From Candidatus Buchananbacteria bacterium RIFCSPLOWO2_01_FULL_39_33 (GTDB lineage Bacteria > Patescibacteriota > Patescibacteriia > 2-01-FULL-39-33), in contig MHIM01000028.1 in the NCBI GenBank assembly GCA_001817505.1, positions 383 to 64,382 of the forward strand: a DNA stretch of 64,000 nucleotides, read 5' to 3'. The notes below the pieces were generated by a model. That model did not search any database. It saw only the letters and a list, made by a program, of their open reading frames with translations, and was not told the origin of the DNA. The translations under genes were made by a program, and so were the position numbers. Shown here in pieces: positions 46,321-57,183 of this stretch; positions within the stretch are counted from its first letter, which is position 1; each line of letters starts with the position of its first letter.

Positions 46321-49300
46321 ATGACAATAAAAGTTCCAATTAAAAAAATAATTCCATTGCTGATTATTATGGCAGTTTTAATCGGAGTTTTTAGTTATGT
46401 TAATTTGTCTTTAGCCCAGACCGACCGGTTTGGTTTGGAAAATGCCGCCGGCATCGGTTTGGCCCAGACCGATTTGAGAATTGCTATTATAAATATTATC
46501 AGGTTTATTCTGGGTTTTTTAGGCCTGGCGGCGGTTATCATCATCCTTTATGGCGGCTATCTTTGGCTGACGGCTGATGGCAACCCCAATAAAATTGAAA
46601 AAGCCAAGAAAACTTTGATTTCTGCCGTTATCGGCTTGATCATTATTTTATCAGCTTTTATTATTGCTTCGTTTATTATCAATGCGCTTATCGGCGCTCT
46701 GTGTGTGGGCGATGAATGTCCCACTGATACCTGCCCGGTTCCGCCTTGCACACCAACTTGCCCGGTTCCGCCTTGCACACCCAATAGCTCCAATCAATAC
46801 GCTTATATCAACAAGCTAAAAGATAATGCCTTGTCTTGGTCCAGAATACTTGGTTATGGCTTTACCGGCGTAGCTAAAATGCCGGGCAGCGCGACGCTGG
46901 AAGTCGGCGGTTATGCCAAGAATAAAGACAGCACTATTAATGGTCTGGATCTTTATACCGCTCTTTCAGGCGAGACCTTTGCTTTGCAAAGCCAGTTTGC
47001 TAATGTGCCGGCTAATGTGGCCATTGTTGATAATGTTTATGCCCCTTGGAATTCCTCGGCTTATGCCATTAACAGCGAATATCAAGCCAAGATTAATGCT
47101 TTGTTTCCTAATGACTCGCATGTTGAATCGCACACTCTTAAGACCATCGTTAAGCCGCTTCATTGCTTTAACAATATTCAGGATGAAGGTGAAACCGGAG
47201 TTGATTGCGGCGGCGATGAGGCGGTTTTAGGCGATGATTATTGCGGCGCTTGTGAAGGCGGCACTTGCACCACTGATAGCGATTGCTCTACCGGCGTTTG
47301 CCTGGATGGCGTTTGCGCTTTTAGTCCTATTATTTCCAGCTTGGAACCCAATAACGGAGCCCAGGGAAATTACATCACTATCTGGGGCAAATATTTTGGC
47401 GCTACGCCGGGATCGGTGATGCTGACTAAAGACGGACAAACCAGTGTTTTTGCCAACTTAGATTTGGCTGATGGCTGTGATAATACTTGGACTGATACCC
47501 AGATTATTTTTGAAGTGCCCGAAGTGGCCTTGCAGACCTATAATGTCATCGTGGAAAACAGCGTCGGTTTGACCAGCAATCCCAAGGATTTTGAGGTTAA
47601 TGACACAGTGCGCCCGGGCATTTGCGGAGTCAATCCCGAGTCCGGACTTAATCCGGACCCGATAGAAATCGTCGGTAATAATTTTCCGACAGCGCCAAAC
47701 GGCCAAGTTTATTGGAGTTTTAAACCGGATAATTTCTCCAGTCCCAATGTGGTTTGGCTGGATGATAACCGCGCCAGCGATATCGTGCCCGAGAGCGGAG
47801 TCGGCCAGACCAGCATCAGGGTTTATAACAGCGCCGAATACAGCAATTATTATAATTTTTTAATTAGCGGCGGCGGCTTGGGCGAACCCTGCGGCGACTC
47901 TAATGCGACTATCTGCTCCGCCGCTAATATCTGTCAGAGCGGGCTTTTCTGCGACCCTAACGCCGGCTGTACTTGCCAGGTGATTACTAATCCTTGCACG
48001 CCCGGTTCTGCCCGGAGTTGCGAGATTCCTGATAATACTTGCGCTGCCACTGAAGTTTGTCCGACTAGCGGCAACTGGGATGATGCCGTTTGCACCCAGA
48101 CCGATCTGACTTGCATCTCGGGTTTGACGGTAGAACCGGCCACCCAATCGCTTTATGCCTGGGCTTTTACTTTTGGCAATGGTTACGGTTTTGAGGCGCC
48201 GGCCGTGATTGAAGATTGCAGCCGCATCAGGACTTGTTCTCCCGATCAGAAATTGCCCAGTCCGGCTCCCTGGTATGAAGGCGAGGGAGCGGTTGAGGGC
48301 TGGGATAGCGCTATTTCCCGAAATTCTTCTTTATATATTCAGGATCCTAAGGCCTGCGTCAATGCCACGGTTTCAGCCAGATTCACTGAAAAAATGGACG
48401 TCCAGTCGGTTAAAGACCATGTTAAATTTTTTAAGTGCGCTGACCGAGGCGGCACCAATTGCCAAGCGGTGGCCGGTAACGGTAACCTTGAGGTCTATCC
48501 GACTGATGACGGCGTCAGGGATTATTTTATTTTGCGGAATCCGGTTTTGGAAGATAACGCTTGGTATAAAGTCGTCTTAACCGATGGCCTGCGCAGTTAT
48601 CTTAATGTGGAAATGGCAACCAGCACCAAAGTCATTGCCGATCGTTTTTGCAATGTGACGTCTTATGAAGGCAACAACATCAGTAACGCGGTTTATTGCT
48701 GGAATTTCCAAACCCGGAAATCGGATCAGTATTGCGAGCCCGGCTGTCCGGAGTGCAACCCCGATCCCAAGACGATGAATTATTATTATCAAACGCAGTT
48801 ATTTTCCACCAATGTAGTCAGTGAGGATAATGTCTGTTTAATGATTGATCCTTGGGCTTATAATTGGGGTTGGTCGTCTAAAGATATTAGCAAAGTGACT
48901 ATAACCAATAATGATTTGTACAAATATGATCCCGGTACGACTAACCGGAATTTAACGGCCGGCAGTGATGACAAGGTTGATCCCGAACAGACCGGCACGG
49001 CTAGGGGTGAAAATTATAACATCGCTCCTGAATTCCACACTAAAGTTTTCAGCGAACTCACTCAGACCGGCCAGAATGATTATTGCCGGGTAATTACCGA
49101 TTTTACCAATCCGGTGGTGATGGAAAATTCCTCTTGTTCTTTCGGCACTATTCAAAGCCCGACTCCCTGGATTAATTCTAAGGATGCTTGTCGCAACGCT
49201 TTGATTGCCGCCCGCTTCAGCCGTGATATGCATGATGATAGTTTAACCTTAAATACCAGAACCAATCTCCGGCTAGGCAGTAGCAACACCACTGGCAACA

Positions 49301-52300
49301 TTATTGTGGAAAAATGCGGAGCCGGCGAGGAGTTCAGCGAGGCTGCCTCAAACTGTCAAAGCATTAAGATTGCCGAAGCTGATAGTTTGCGGATATTCAC
49401 TTACAGCCAAGCCGTTGATTTTGAAGAGTTATTAGCCAACCAATCGGCTTTTGGCGATGGCACAGCCGAAGGGTTTGTGATTGATATCAACGCCAAGGAT
49501 TTGGAAGATCCGACTGTTGATGAATATCTTGACGCCAAGACCTGGTACCGGGTGGTCATCCTTGGCGGCAAACATGGTGTTGCCGGAGCTGATACTAATA
49601 ATGATGGCAGTCCTGATGGCATTTTACTGACGGAAAATAGCATTATAAATGAAGTCAGAAACGGCTGGGATTATAACCATGACGGCCAGGATGATTATTT
49701 CTGGGTGTTTAAAACCAGTGACCAGGCCTGCGATGTTGACACCGTTCAGGTCTCTCCGGCTGAAAATTTTATGGAATTTATTGGTGAAACTAGCGGCTAT
49801 GACGCCTTTCCTCAAGCCGCTAATTGCAATATCTTGGCCCGTTGTTTGTTTGATTGGACCTGGCGGTCGCTGATTGAACTCTCCGATAATCCCAATGAGA
49901 CCGGCCAGGTCATCGCTGCCATTACCAAATTAAAAATACAAACCGGCATCTGCGGCGCGGTTGATGATAATCTAACTGACCCGGTCCAGACCGCTACCGC
50001 CAAATTAGACGGCGAAACCAATATCCGCGCCGAAGAGCCGGGACTAAAATGGGGCTATGGCCATTTACAAGTCGGCTACGGGGATTTAGCGGTAGTCAAA
50101 TACAGCCCCAATAAAACCACTCACTTTGAAGAAAAAAATATCAAAATTGATTTTAATATTGAAGCTCAAATGGATTCGGTTAGGTTTAATAACGCCGCCG
50201 ACCATAATGTTAATTTGTACCAATGCACTGACGCCCAGGCCTATTATAAATTGAATGATAATACCAATGACAGTTCCGGCTGGCAATATAACGGGGTCAA
50301 TAAAAGTGTTTCTTTTGCCGCTGGCCAGTTTGATAAAGCCGCTAATTTTACCGGCAGCGCTGGTAAATACATCCAAATTGACAGCGATAATTTGAAAATT
50401 GCCGGCGCTTTGACTGTGGCGGCTTGGGTCAAGCCGTCAACTGCTCCTCTTGGCGAGGGCCGAGTCGTCTTTTCCAATTATGCTTGGAATAATGGCGGCG
50501 CTAATGAGCGCGGCCTGGTTTTGGGCGATGATTATGGTGCGGTTGACCATTTCCAATTCAAAATATTTGACGGTTCTGGTAAAACTGCCTCCGCCTCCAC
50601 CACCGATTTCTTTAAGAACTATTTAAATAAGTGGACGCAGGTCGTCGGCGTTTATCGGCCAGGTAAGTCCGTTAAGTTATATATTAATGGCGAAGAAGTA
50701 GCTTCTACTGCTACTGCCTTGTCGGCCATTTCTTATAATGCCGATATCCCAACCAGAATCGGCGCGCGCGCGGATTCTGATAACCAAGGCATGTGGAGCG
50801 GTTCAATTGACGAGGTGAGATTGTATGATCAGGCCTTGAGCGCCAGCGAAATCAAAAACTTATATAATAGCGATGGCGAATGTCCGGTTTCCGGTTTGAT
50901 TAATAAGGATTTGACCGGCCTGGCTGAGGCCGGAGACGGTGCCTTGTCTAAAGTAATCGCCACTTCGGCCTCGCTTAATTATCAAGTCGGAGCCCAGTAT
51001 CGGCTGGTCTTAAAAGGTGGTCCTAAAGGTCTAATAGCTTGGAATGATAATGAATTGACCAACCTGAATTTTAACAGCACTGGTAGCGGCGGCGGCGAGG
51101 AATGCGAGCCCGGCCTTTATCCCTGGCAAGAGCAAGCCGGCGTTTGCACCAATGAGGAGTGCCTTTTGGCTGCTGATCAGGATTTATGCTCCTTGGCTAA
51201 TGGCCGCTTGGCCGAATGCCGATTGGGCTCTGTTGATTGCGACAATAAATGCCATAACCAGGGCAACAACAACCAGGCCTCTTGCGGCGATAGAACAGTT
51301 GGTCCCAATGAAGATTGCGATGATGGCAACATAGTTGCCGGCGATGGCTGTTCCAACCGTTGTTTGAACGAGGGCTCCAGCGATAAGTGGAGTTCGCTCT
51401 GTTTCAATAAAATACTGGAAAAGGGCGAGGACTGCGACTTCGGTAGTCAGAGCGCTAACAGCGCCAATAGTTGCAGCGATCAGTGCCTTTGGAAAAATAA
51501 GACCAATACCGGTAGTAGCGCCAATGTCTCGGTCTGCGGCAATAGTAAGAAAGAACAGGGCGAGGATTGCGATGACGGCAATACTGTTAGTGGCGATGGC
51601 TGTCGGGGCACTGAAAATGGAAACAAGGGCTGTCTTTTTGAAGGAACGGCCGGCGGAGCGGTTTGCGGCAATAACTTGGTGGAGTCCGGCCAAGCCGACA
51701 GTTTTTCTTGGACCTTTGAGGCGGTCAATGACCCTTCAGTCACTATTAATATGAATAATTGCACTAACGGCATTTGGCAGGTCTTGGTCAAGCGGGGGGA
51801 TATTGATGCTGATAGTATTTTTATTTGCGAAAAAGATCAATTTACTGGCCTGTCAGAGAATAATTTATGGGGTCGGATCGTCTATAAAATAAAATCAATC
51901 CTGGCCCGGTTTTTCAACATCGGCGTTTTAGCCGACGATAATGACGGTTGCGGCGCCGGTTATGCAGTAGTGCCGCCGACCACGGCTGTTTTCAGCGACC
52001 GACTGGAATATCTGAATCAAGACCAGCGCGTTTATACTTATATTAAAAATAGAGATTGGACTCTTGATAAAAAATATAAGATCAACGTTTATGAAGGTGA
52101 TTTTGACGCTCTTACCAACAATCAGCCCAAGGTTTCTAAAGAAACGACTATTAAAGAATACTGCCAATTAAACGATGTCAAAGTTGAGATTTGGCCCCAA
52201 GGCGAAGAGAAATATAATGACAATTATTTCTGTATCGGCGACGATTGCGGGCAAAATACCGACAGCCGCTATGACAATGATATTTCCGCCAGCGGGAATG

Positions 52301-55300
52301 CTGACGCCCAATACTTGATAGAGCCCACGACCGCTTATGATTTCCCTTATTTGAAATCAAATGGTTTGGCTGTCATTGATGACAATTTAGAGGGTAATCA
52401 GCATTTATATCTGGCTTGGGCGGTTAATGCCAAAGATTATTTAATTAAAGCCGAGGGAGGTTTTAATTGGGAGTTGGCGGATTTGCCGAAGTTTGACTTA
52501 TCAACTTCAGATTTTACCGGAACTTCTTATAAAGGCGACCAATGGATTTCTTTAGATGGTTATAAAGTCGCTGGTCAAGTTGATGGTTCTGACCAATTAA
52601 CAGTAACTGCTACTCAACAAAAGTCGGGCCAATCAGCTCTTAGCGCCGAGGCCACCATTGATATTAAAATTTTCTTATGCAATAATCCTTGGCCCACTCC
52701 GGAAAATTTTCCTTATCAAGATGAAGAGAAAAATTGTTTACCTGATATTGGTATTACCGATTGTCCCAATACTAATTTTGAAATCTATTATTGCCGCGAC
52801 AATGGCCAGGCCGGGGAAAACGACGATTTGCCGACGCTGGCTACCAGCACGGTGGTCTATCAGCCCGATCCGTTTAAAAAAGAATTCTTGCTCCAGCGCG
52901 CCGATAAAAGCGATGCTATCGGCATCAGAGTGATGGCCAATGACAACCATTATTCACCTTTACTGTGGTATCGGGAAAATTTTGACCTTGAACATCAAGG
53001 CAATCCGCAGAGCGCCTTAGTTGACGGTTATGAAGCCATCAACGAGGGCCGGACTGTTTATGCCAATGCCGTCAATGTAGAATATATGGCCGGCAGCCAG
53101 TCCTTATGGTCCGATATCTATTTGATTTCTTACAGCGATGGCGCCGATGCCGCCACCCAGAATATTTATTCCCAAATGGCCGGCTATATGAAATTTAATG
53201 TCGGCGCTAAAGACGAAGGCGGTTTGCCTTTTGATTCCAACGACAGCGGCAGTGTTTGTAAAAATAACGGGTCTTATAAGTGCTGGGAGGATAGTGATTG
53301 CGCGGCAGTTGACGCCGGCGCTTGCTTGTCCGCTAAAGGCAAACTAACTCGCGACACCAAGCGCTTGGGTGATATTCAGGATATTAACTGGCTCTTGAAC
53401 GAGTATTACAGCCAAAAACGCTGTAGCAATGACAAAGCCGTTGTTTGCAATAGCGGCGCGCAATGCTCCGGTGGAGGAACTTGCGCTAATTATTATCCCG
53501 ATTTGCCTGCCGGCACCTATATTGCCGGCCGCAGTTTCAGCGTCTGGCCTTCCTGGCAGGCGACTTTGGGCAATGCTTTGGGCTCGGCCTTGCCGATTGA
53601 TCCTTTAAACAACGGCGTTGCTGAAAGTAAATTCAGCAGTGATGGCTACGGCTTTGATGGTTGCAGCGACGATAGCGACGATTTTGATTCTGTCACTTGC
53701 TGGGATGATATTAATAAGAAAATGCAATGCCCGAGTTCGGCCCGGGTCTATACTTATTTTTCTACTGATAATTCAACCAACAGGCATGTTTCTGCCTTCA
53801 ATGAGTTCACTAACGGCGCTTGGAATCCTAATTGGGTTGATGTTAATTTTATAGAATATTATGGTAATCCTTTTGGCCTTGGCACTAACATTATTTGCCG
53901 GGGACTTCTTGTAAACTGTGGCAATAACGAAGAAAACGAAGGTGAGAATTGTTATAACTGTCCATTTGATGTCTGGTGCGACTCTGGTTATTCCTGCCGT
54001 GATGCTGATTCTGGCATAGGAGAAAATTGGCAATGTACTTCTAATTTAGCTAATATTGATTCTGACACTGACGGCTTAAATAATGAAGGGGATAATTGTC
54101 CGTTTGAAGCCAATGCCAATCAAGCTGATACCGACAATGATGGCGTTGGCGATGTTTGCGATAACTGTCCGACTGTAAAAAATGCCAACCAAAACGATAA
54201 AGACAGCGATACCATAGGCGACGCTTGTGATAATTGCCCCAGCGCTTATAATCCCACCCAAGATGCCAGTGTTTGCGCTTTGCCCAGTTGCGGCAATGAC
54301 ACAGTGGAAACCGGCGAGGTCTGCGATGATGACAATACCACCAATGCTGGTAAATGTAATTATAATTGCGCAGCTTGGACTTTTTGCGGCGACGGTCTAA
54401 TCCAAATGCCTAATGGCGGCACTACTGGCTTAAATGGCTTTAATGAAGAATGCGATGACGGCGATAGTTTGTCCGGCGACGGCTGTTCCAATAAATGCGA
54501 AGTGGAAAGCGGCTGGGCCTGCAGTGGTGGTAATGTAGATGGATCTCCCAGCGTTTGCTCGGTGGTCGTAGCGACTTGCGGCAATGGTGTCAGAGAAGGC
54601 GCGGAAACTTGCGATTGCGGCACTGGAGTCGGCTTGTTGCCGGGCGGCGCCTCCAATTGCGGCAATACTTCAGATGTTTATTATACTACTTATAACATAC
54701 TGGGCACTGTAGGTGATGCTATTTATGAGAGTTATTTTGGTTTTTCTGCTTCTTGGTATCAAGAAGGTAAATGGCTGCCTTATTGCAAGGATTCTTGTAA
54801 GAATGGATCAGTAGTTTCCTTATTTTGCGGCGATGGGGAATGGACGGCAGATAGAGAAAAGTGTGATCCACTGACTGCCAAAGGCGAGGCTTTTAGCTGG
54901 GGCCTGGGCACTGGCGATAACAACCAATGGTCTTGCACTATAAATGGCAGTAATGGTTCAGGCGGCTGTCAGGATACCGGCGGCTGGTGCGGCGACCGTA
55001 TTATCAATGGCCAGGAAGAATGCGATGGTGAAGAGGGTTGCCAGTCCAATTGCAGTTGGACGGTTTGCCCGCCTTACACTGTTTCAGCCATTACTCTTGG
55101 TGATTTTATCAATGGCTCAGCAGCTTTAAGCGGTGTTCCGGCTTGCAATTCAGCTGAAAAAATTACCGCTGACTTTAAAATTGATTCCACTGTTTCCAAA
55201 GCGGCTATAGTTTTTGTTAGTGATTTATCTGACAGTATGGAAGATGGTTTAAATAATGGGGTGCGGACTCCCAAATTAACTACCTTAAAGTCCAGTTTAA

Positions 55301-56256
55301 CAAGTGCTATAAATAAAATTTTTGATGAAATTCCGGATGCTCAAATTGGTTTAGTTAGTTTCGCCGATAGTGGTTCCAATAATGTCGGGCAACAATGCTC
55401 AGATTCTTTATGCGATTCTTCTCAGGCAAATATATTAACTAATATAATCAATGGTTATGCCGTTGATAACGAGAGTTATTCTCCTGGTCGAGGCACCAAT
55501 CCGGCTGATGGCTTGGCTATAGCTCGGCCAATTATTAAAAATGTTTCAGCGCTGAATAAATTTATTGTATTTATGAGTGATGGCGCGGCAGATACTGGCA
55601 CGGTATGTAATGAAAATGATAAACCTTCTTCATGTGATATTATTAGCACAGATTCTTCTTTGTTATGCGGCATACTAGACAGAACACGATATTATTATAG
55701 CTGTAGCGGAGTACCAATAGCTAACACTCTAAAATCCGATCCAATTAATGCTACAGTATATTCTATCGCTTATTTCACAGTGGATGCCGGTGCGCTTTCG
55801 GATATGAATCAAATCTCATCCAATAATGTTGTCGACAGTTGTGGCACTGGCTATTGTTATAGTAGTGATAATACCGGTCTCAATAATTTTTATACCAATA
55901 TCATTGACAACATCAAAGATAATTTAAAAGTTAATTTTGATGTTACGGTGGGTGGGATAGTAACTGGTTTTTCTTTAACTATACCACCGGTAGGATCTGC
56001 TAATTTCACTAGCCAATCAATAACCCTACCGGCCGATTTCTGCACTGCTAATGCCAATAACCGAACAATTGAAATTACTAGTGGTAACTTTAACCTGTCA
56101 ATGTCCAATCTTAATTTGAGCTATTGTCCTTATCATCTTTTAGCCAATAAGGCCGGTGTCGGTTCAGTAGCCGGCGAGGCGGCAAAAGCAGCCGATGGCG
56201 GAGCCCAGGGGTTTTTCAGCGCCATCAAGAATTTCCTATTTAATTTATTTCGGTAA
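46321..56256 (+). CDS. Giant 3311-aa Cys-rich adhesin: pilin-like N-terminus, IPT/TIG, Ig-like, LamG, Cys-rich (DUF4215-like) repeats, TSP3, vWA
   Basis: ILGFLGLAAVIIILYGGYLWLTADGN..KAKK; ITIWGKYFG; LTVAAWVK..GSIDEVRLY; EDCDDGN..GDGC; DNCP..NANQADTDNDGVGDVCD; DLSDS MIDAS and FMSDG. Confidence 0.88.
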   Translation: MTIKVPIKKIIPLLIIMAVLIGVFSYVNLSLAQTDRFGLENAAGIGLAQTDLRIAIINIIRFILGFLGLAAVIIILYGGYLWLTADGNPNKIEKAKKTLISAVIGLIIILSAFIIASFIINALIGALCVGDECPTDTCPVPPCTPTCPVPPCTPNSSNQYAYINKLKDNALSWSRILGYGFTGVAKMPGSATLEVGGYAKNKDSTINGLDLYTALSGETFALQSQFANVPANVAIVDNVYAPWNSSAYAINSEYQAKINALFPNDSHVESHTLKTIVKPLHCFNNIQDEGETGVDCGGDEAVLGDDYCGACEGGTCTTDSDCSTGVCLDGVCAFSPIISSLEPNNGAQGNYITIWGKYFGATPGSVMLTKDGQTSVFANLDLADGCDNTWTDTQIIFEVPEVALQTYNVIVENSVGLTSNPKDFEVNDTVRPGICGVNPESGLNPDPIEIVGNNFPTAPNGQVYWSFKPDNFSSPNVVWLDDNRASDIVPESGVGQTSIRVYNSAEYSNYYNFLISGGGLGEPCGDSNATICSAANICQSGLFCDPNAGCTCQVITNPCTPGSARSCEIPDNTCAATEVCPTSGNWDDAVCTQTDLTCISGLTVEPATQSLYAWAFTFGNGYGFEAPAVIEDCSRIRTCSPDQKLPSPAPWYEGEGAVEGWDSAISRNSSLYIQDPKACVNATVSARFTEKMDVQSVKDHVKFFKCADRGGTNCQAVAGNGNLEVYPTDDGVRDYFILRNPVLEDNAWYKVVLTDGLRSYLNVEMATSTKVIADRFCNVTSYEGNNISNAVYCWNFQTRKSDQYCEPGCPECNPDPKTMNYYYQTQLFSTNVVSEDNVCLMIDPWAYNWGWSSKDISKVTITNNDLYKYDPGTTNRNLTAGSDDKVDPEQTGTARGENYNIAPEFHTKVFSELTQTGQNDYCRVITDFTNPVVMENSSCSFGTIQSPTPWINSKDACRNALIAARFSRDMHDDSLTLNTRTNLRLGSSNTTGNIIVEKCGAGEEFSEAASNCQSIKIAEADSLRIFTYSQAVDFEELLANQSAFGDGTAEGFVIDINAKDLEDPTVDEYLDAKTWYRVVILGGKHGVAGADTNNDGSPDGILLTENSIINEVRNGWDYNHDGQDDYFWVFKTSDQACDVDTVQVSPAENFMEFIGETSGYDAFPQAANCNILARCLFDWTWRSLIELSDNPNETGQVIAAITKLKIQTGICGAVDDNLTDPVQTATAKLDGETNIRAEEPGLKWGYGHLQVGYGDLAVVKYSPNKTTHFEEKNIKIDFNIEAQMDSVRFNNAADHNVNLYQCTDAQAYYKLNDNTNDSSGWQYNGVNKSVSFAAGQFDKAANFTGSAGKYIQIDSDNLKIAGALTVAAWVKPSTAPLGEGRVVFSNYAWNNGGANERGLVLGDDYGAVDHFQFKIFDGSGKTASASTTDFFKNYLNKWTQVVGVYRPGKSVKLYINGEEVASTATALSAISYNADIPTRIGARADSDNQGMWSGSIDEVRLYDQALSASEIKNLYNSDGECPVSGLINKDLTGLAEAGDGALSKVIATSASLNYQVGAQYRLVLKGGPKGLIAWNDNELTNLNFNSTGSGGGEECEPGLYPWQEQAGVCTNEECLLAADQDLCSLANGRLAECRLGSVDCDNKCHNQGNNNQASCGDRTVGPNEDCDDGNIVAGDGCSNRCLNEGSSDKWSSLCFNKILEKGEDCDFGSQSANSANSCSDQCLWKNKTNTGSSANVSVCGNSKKEQGEDCDDGNTVSGDGCRGTENGNKGCLFEGTAGGAVCGNNLVESGQADSFSWTFEAVNDPSVTINMNNCTNGIWQVLVKRGDIDADSIFICEKDQFTGLSENNLWGRIVYKIKSILARFFNIGVLADDNDGCGAGYAVVPPTTAVFSDRLEYLNQDQRVYTYIKNRDWTLDKKYKINVYEGDFDALTNNQPKVSKETTIKEYCQLNDVKVEIWPQGEEKYNDNYFCIGDDCGQNTDSRYDNDISASGNADAQYLIEPTTAYDFPYLKSNGLAVIDDNLEGNQHLYLAWAVNAKDYLIKAEGGFNWELADLPKFDLSTSDFTGTSYKGDQWISLDGYKVAGQVDGSDQLTVTATQQKSGQSALSAEATIDIKIFLCNNPWPTPENFPYQDEEKNCLPDIGITDCPNTNFEIYYCRDNGQAGENDDLPTLATSTVVYQPDPFKKEFLLQRADKSDAIGIRVMANDNHYSPLLWYRENFDLEHQGNPQSALVDGYEAINEGRTVYANAVNVEYMAGSQSLWSDIYLISYSDGADAATQNIYSQMAGYMKFNVGAKDEGGLPFDSNDSGSVCKNNGSYKCWEDSDCAAVDAGACLSAKGKLTRDTKRLGDIQDINWLLNEYYSQKRCSNDKAVVCNSGAQCSGGGTCANYYPDLPAGTYIAGRSFSVWPSWQATLGNALGSALPIDPLNNGVAESKFSSDGYGFDGCSDDSDDFDSVTCWDDINKKMQCPSSARVYTYFSTDNSTNRHVSAFNEFTNGAWNPNWVDVNFIEYYGNPFGLGTNIICRGLLVNCGNNEENEGENCYNCPFDVWCDSGYSCRDADSGIGENWQCTSNLANIDSDTDGLNNEGDNCPFEANANQADTDNDGVGDVCDNCPTVKNANQNDKDSDTIGDACDNCPSAYNPTQDASVCALPSCGNDTVETGEVCDDDNTTNAGKCNYNCAAWTFCGDGLIQMPNGGTTGLNGFNEECDDGDSLSGDGCSNKCEVESGWACSGGNVDGSPSVCSVVVATCGNGVREGAETCDCGTGVGLLPGGASNCGNTSDVYYTTYNILGTVGDAIYESYFGFSASWYQEGKWLPYCKDSCKNGSVVSLFCGDGEWTADREKCDPLTAKGEAFSWGLGTGDNNQWSCTINGSNGSGGCQDTGGWCGDRIINGQEECDGEEGCQSNCSWTVCPPYTVSAITLGDFINGSAALSGVPACNSAEKITADFKIDSTVSKAAIVFVSDLSDSMEDGLNNGVRTPKLTTLKSSLTSAINKIFDEIPDAQIGLVSFADSGSNNVGQQCSDSLCDSSQANILTNIINGYAVDNESYSPGRGTNPADGLAIARPIIKNVSALNKFIVFMSDGAADTGTVCNENDKPSSCDIISTDSSLLCGILDRTRYYYSCSGVPIANTLKSDPINATVYSIAYFTVDAGALSDMNQISSNNVVDSCGTGYCYSSDNTGLNNFYTNIIDNIKDNLKVNFDVTVGGIVTGFSLTIPPVGSANFTSQSITLPADFCTANANNRTIEITSGNFNLSMSNLNLSYCPYHLLANKAGVGSVAGEAAKAADGGAQGFFSAIKNFLFNLFR

Positions 56257-56416
56257 AATTTTATTATATAAAATAAATCCCTCCTTAACCCCCCCCAACC
56301 CTATCCTTTATAAGGAGGGGGAATAAAAGTAAATCCCTTTTCGTTCAGATACATTTATAGGTAAATTAAACCAAGTTATTGTATAATGTAATTAGATTAT
56401 ATTTTATTTTAAATCT

Positions 56417-57160
56417 ATGTTTGACCAAAAACCAACGCCATTATCCAATCAGACCGGCCAAGAACCGGTGCCGTCTTTGAATTTACCCCAAGAAAATCCC
56501 AGTCCGATTTCTCAACCGCCCCGGCCAACTGGCCAACCAGGCCCAATAGGTCCGCCAGTGGATGATATTTTTTCTCAAACGGATATGGCGGCGCCTTATA
56601 AAGTGGCCAGGCCGATTCAGCCGGGGGAAGCCACTCAAATGCCGGTTGGCCAAGAAGAGATGTTTGGGGGCAAGAAACTCTCAGACAATAAGGCCTTGAT
56701 TATAATTTTGTCTATAATCGGCTTAGTTGTAATTGGCGCGGTGACTTGGGCCGCTGTCAGCTTTTTGACCAGTCAAAGCGGCGGGGAGGACGCTGATTTG
56801 AACGCTAATACTGCTGCTGTTAACAATGTTAACGCCAACGCTAATGCAGGCATTAATGCCGAGACCAATGCCAATGCGGAGATTAATACCAATGCCGAAA
56901 CTAATGTTAATGAGAGCATTATGCCGCCCCCAGACAGCGACAATGACGGCTTAAGCGATGAAGAAGAAAAGCAATTAGGCACCGACCCGAAGAATTTTGA
57001 TACCGATGATGACGGCCTGATGGATCGTGTTGAGGTCAGGATTTATCAGACCGATCCTCTTAATAAAGACACGGACGGCGACGGTTATGAGGATGGAGCC
57101 GAAGTGATTAATGGCTATGATCCGGCTAAAGCCGGCGCTCGGCTTTTTAATATTCCCTAA
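56417..57160 (+). CDS. Membrane protein with Pro-rich N-terminus, Asn/Ala linker and DxDxDG repeats
   Basis: TM, NANANAGINAETNAN, DSDNDGL/DTDDDGL/DTDGDGY. Confidence 0.78.
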   Translation: MFDQKPTPLSNQTGQEPVPSLNLPQENPSPISQPPRPTGQPGPIGPPVDDIFSQTDMAAPYKVARPIQPGEATQMPVGQEEMFGGKKLSDNKALIIILSIIGLVVIGAVTWAAVSFLTSQSGGEDADLNANTAAVNNVNANANAGINAETNANAEINTNAETNVNESIMPPPDSDNDGLSDEEEKQLGTDPKNFDTDDDGLMDRVEVRIYQTDPLNKDTDGDGYEDGAEVINGYDPAKAGARLFNIP

Positions 57161-57183
57161 AGTTTATAAATAGGTAAGACGCT

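Noticed and set aside
46321-56256. Giant adhesin as a second DGR target
   Set aside because: I found no TR-like sequence in it or elsewhere in the window by eye; a computational scan would confirm.
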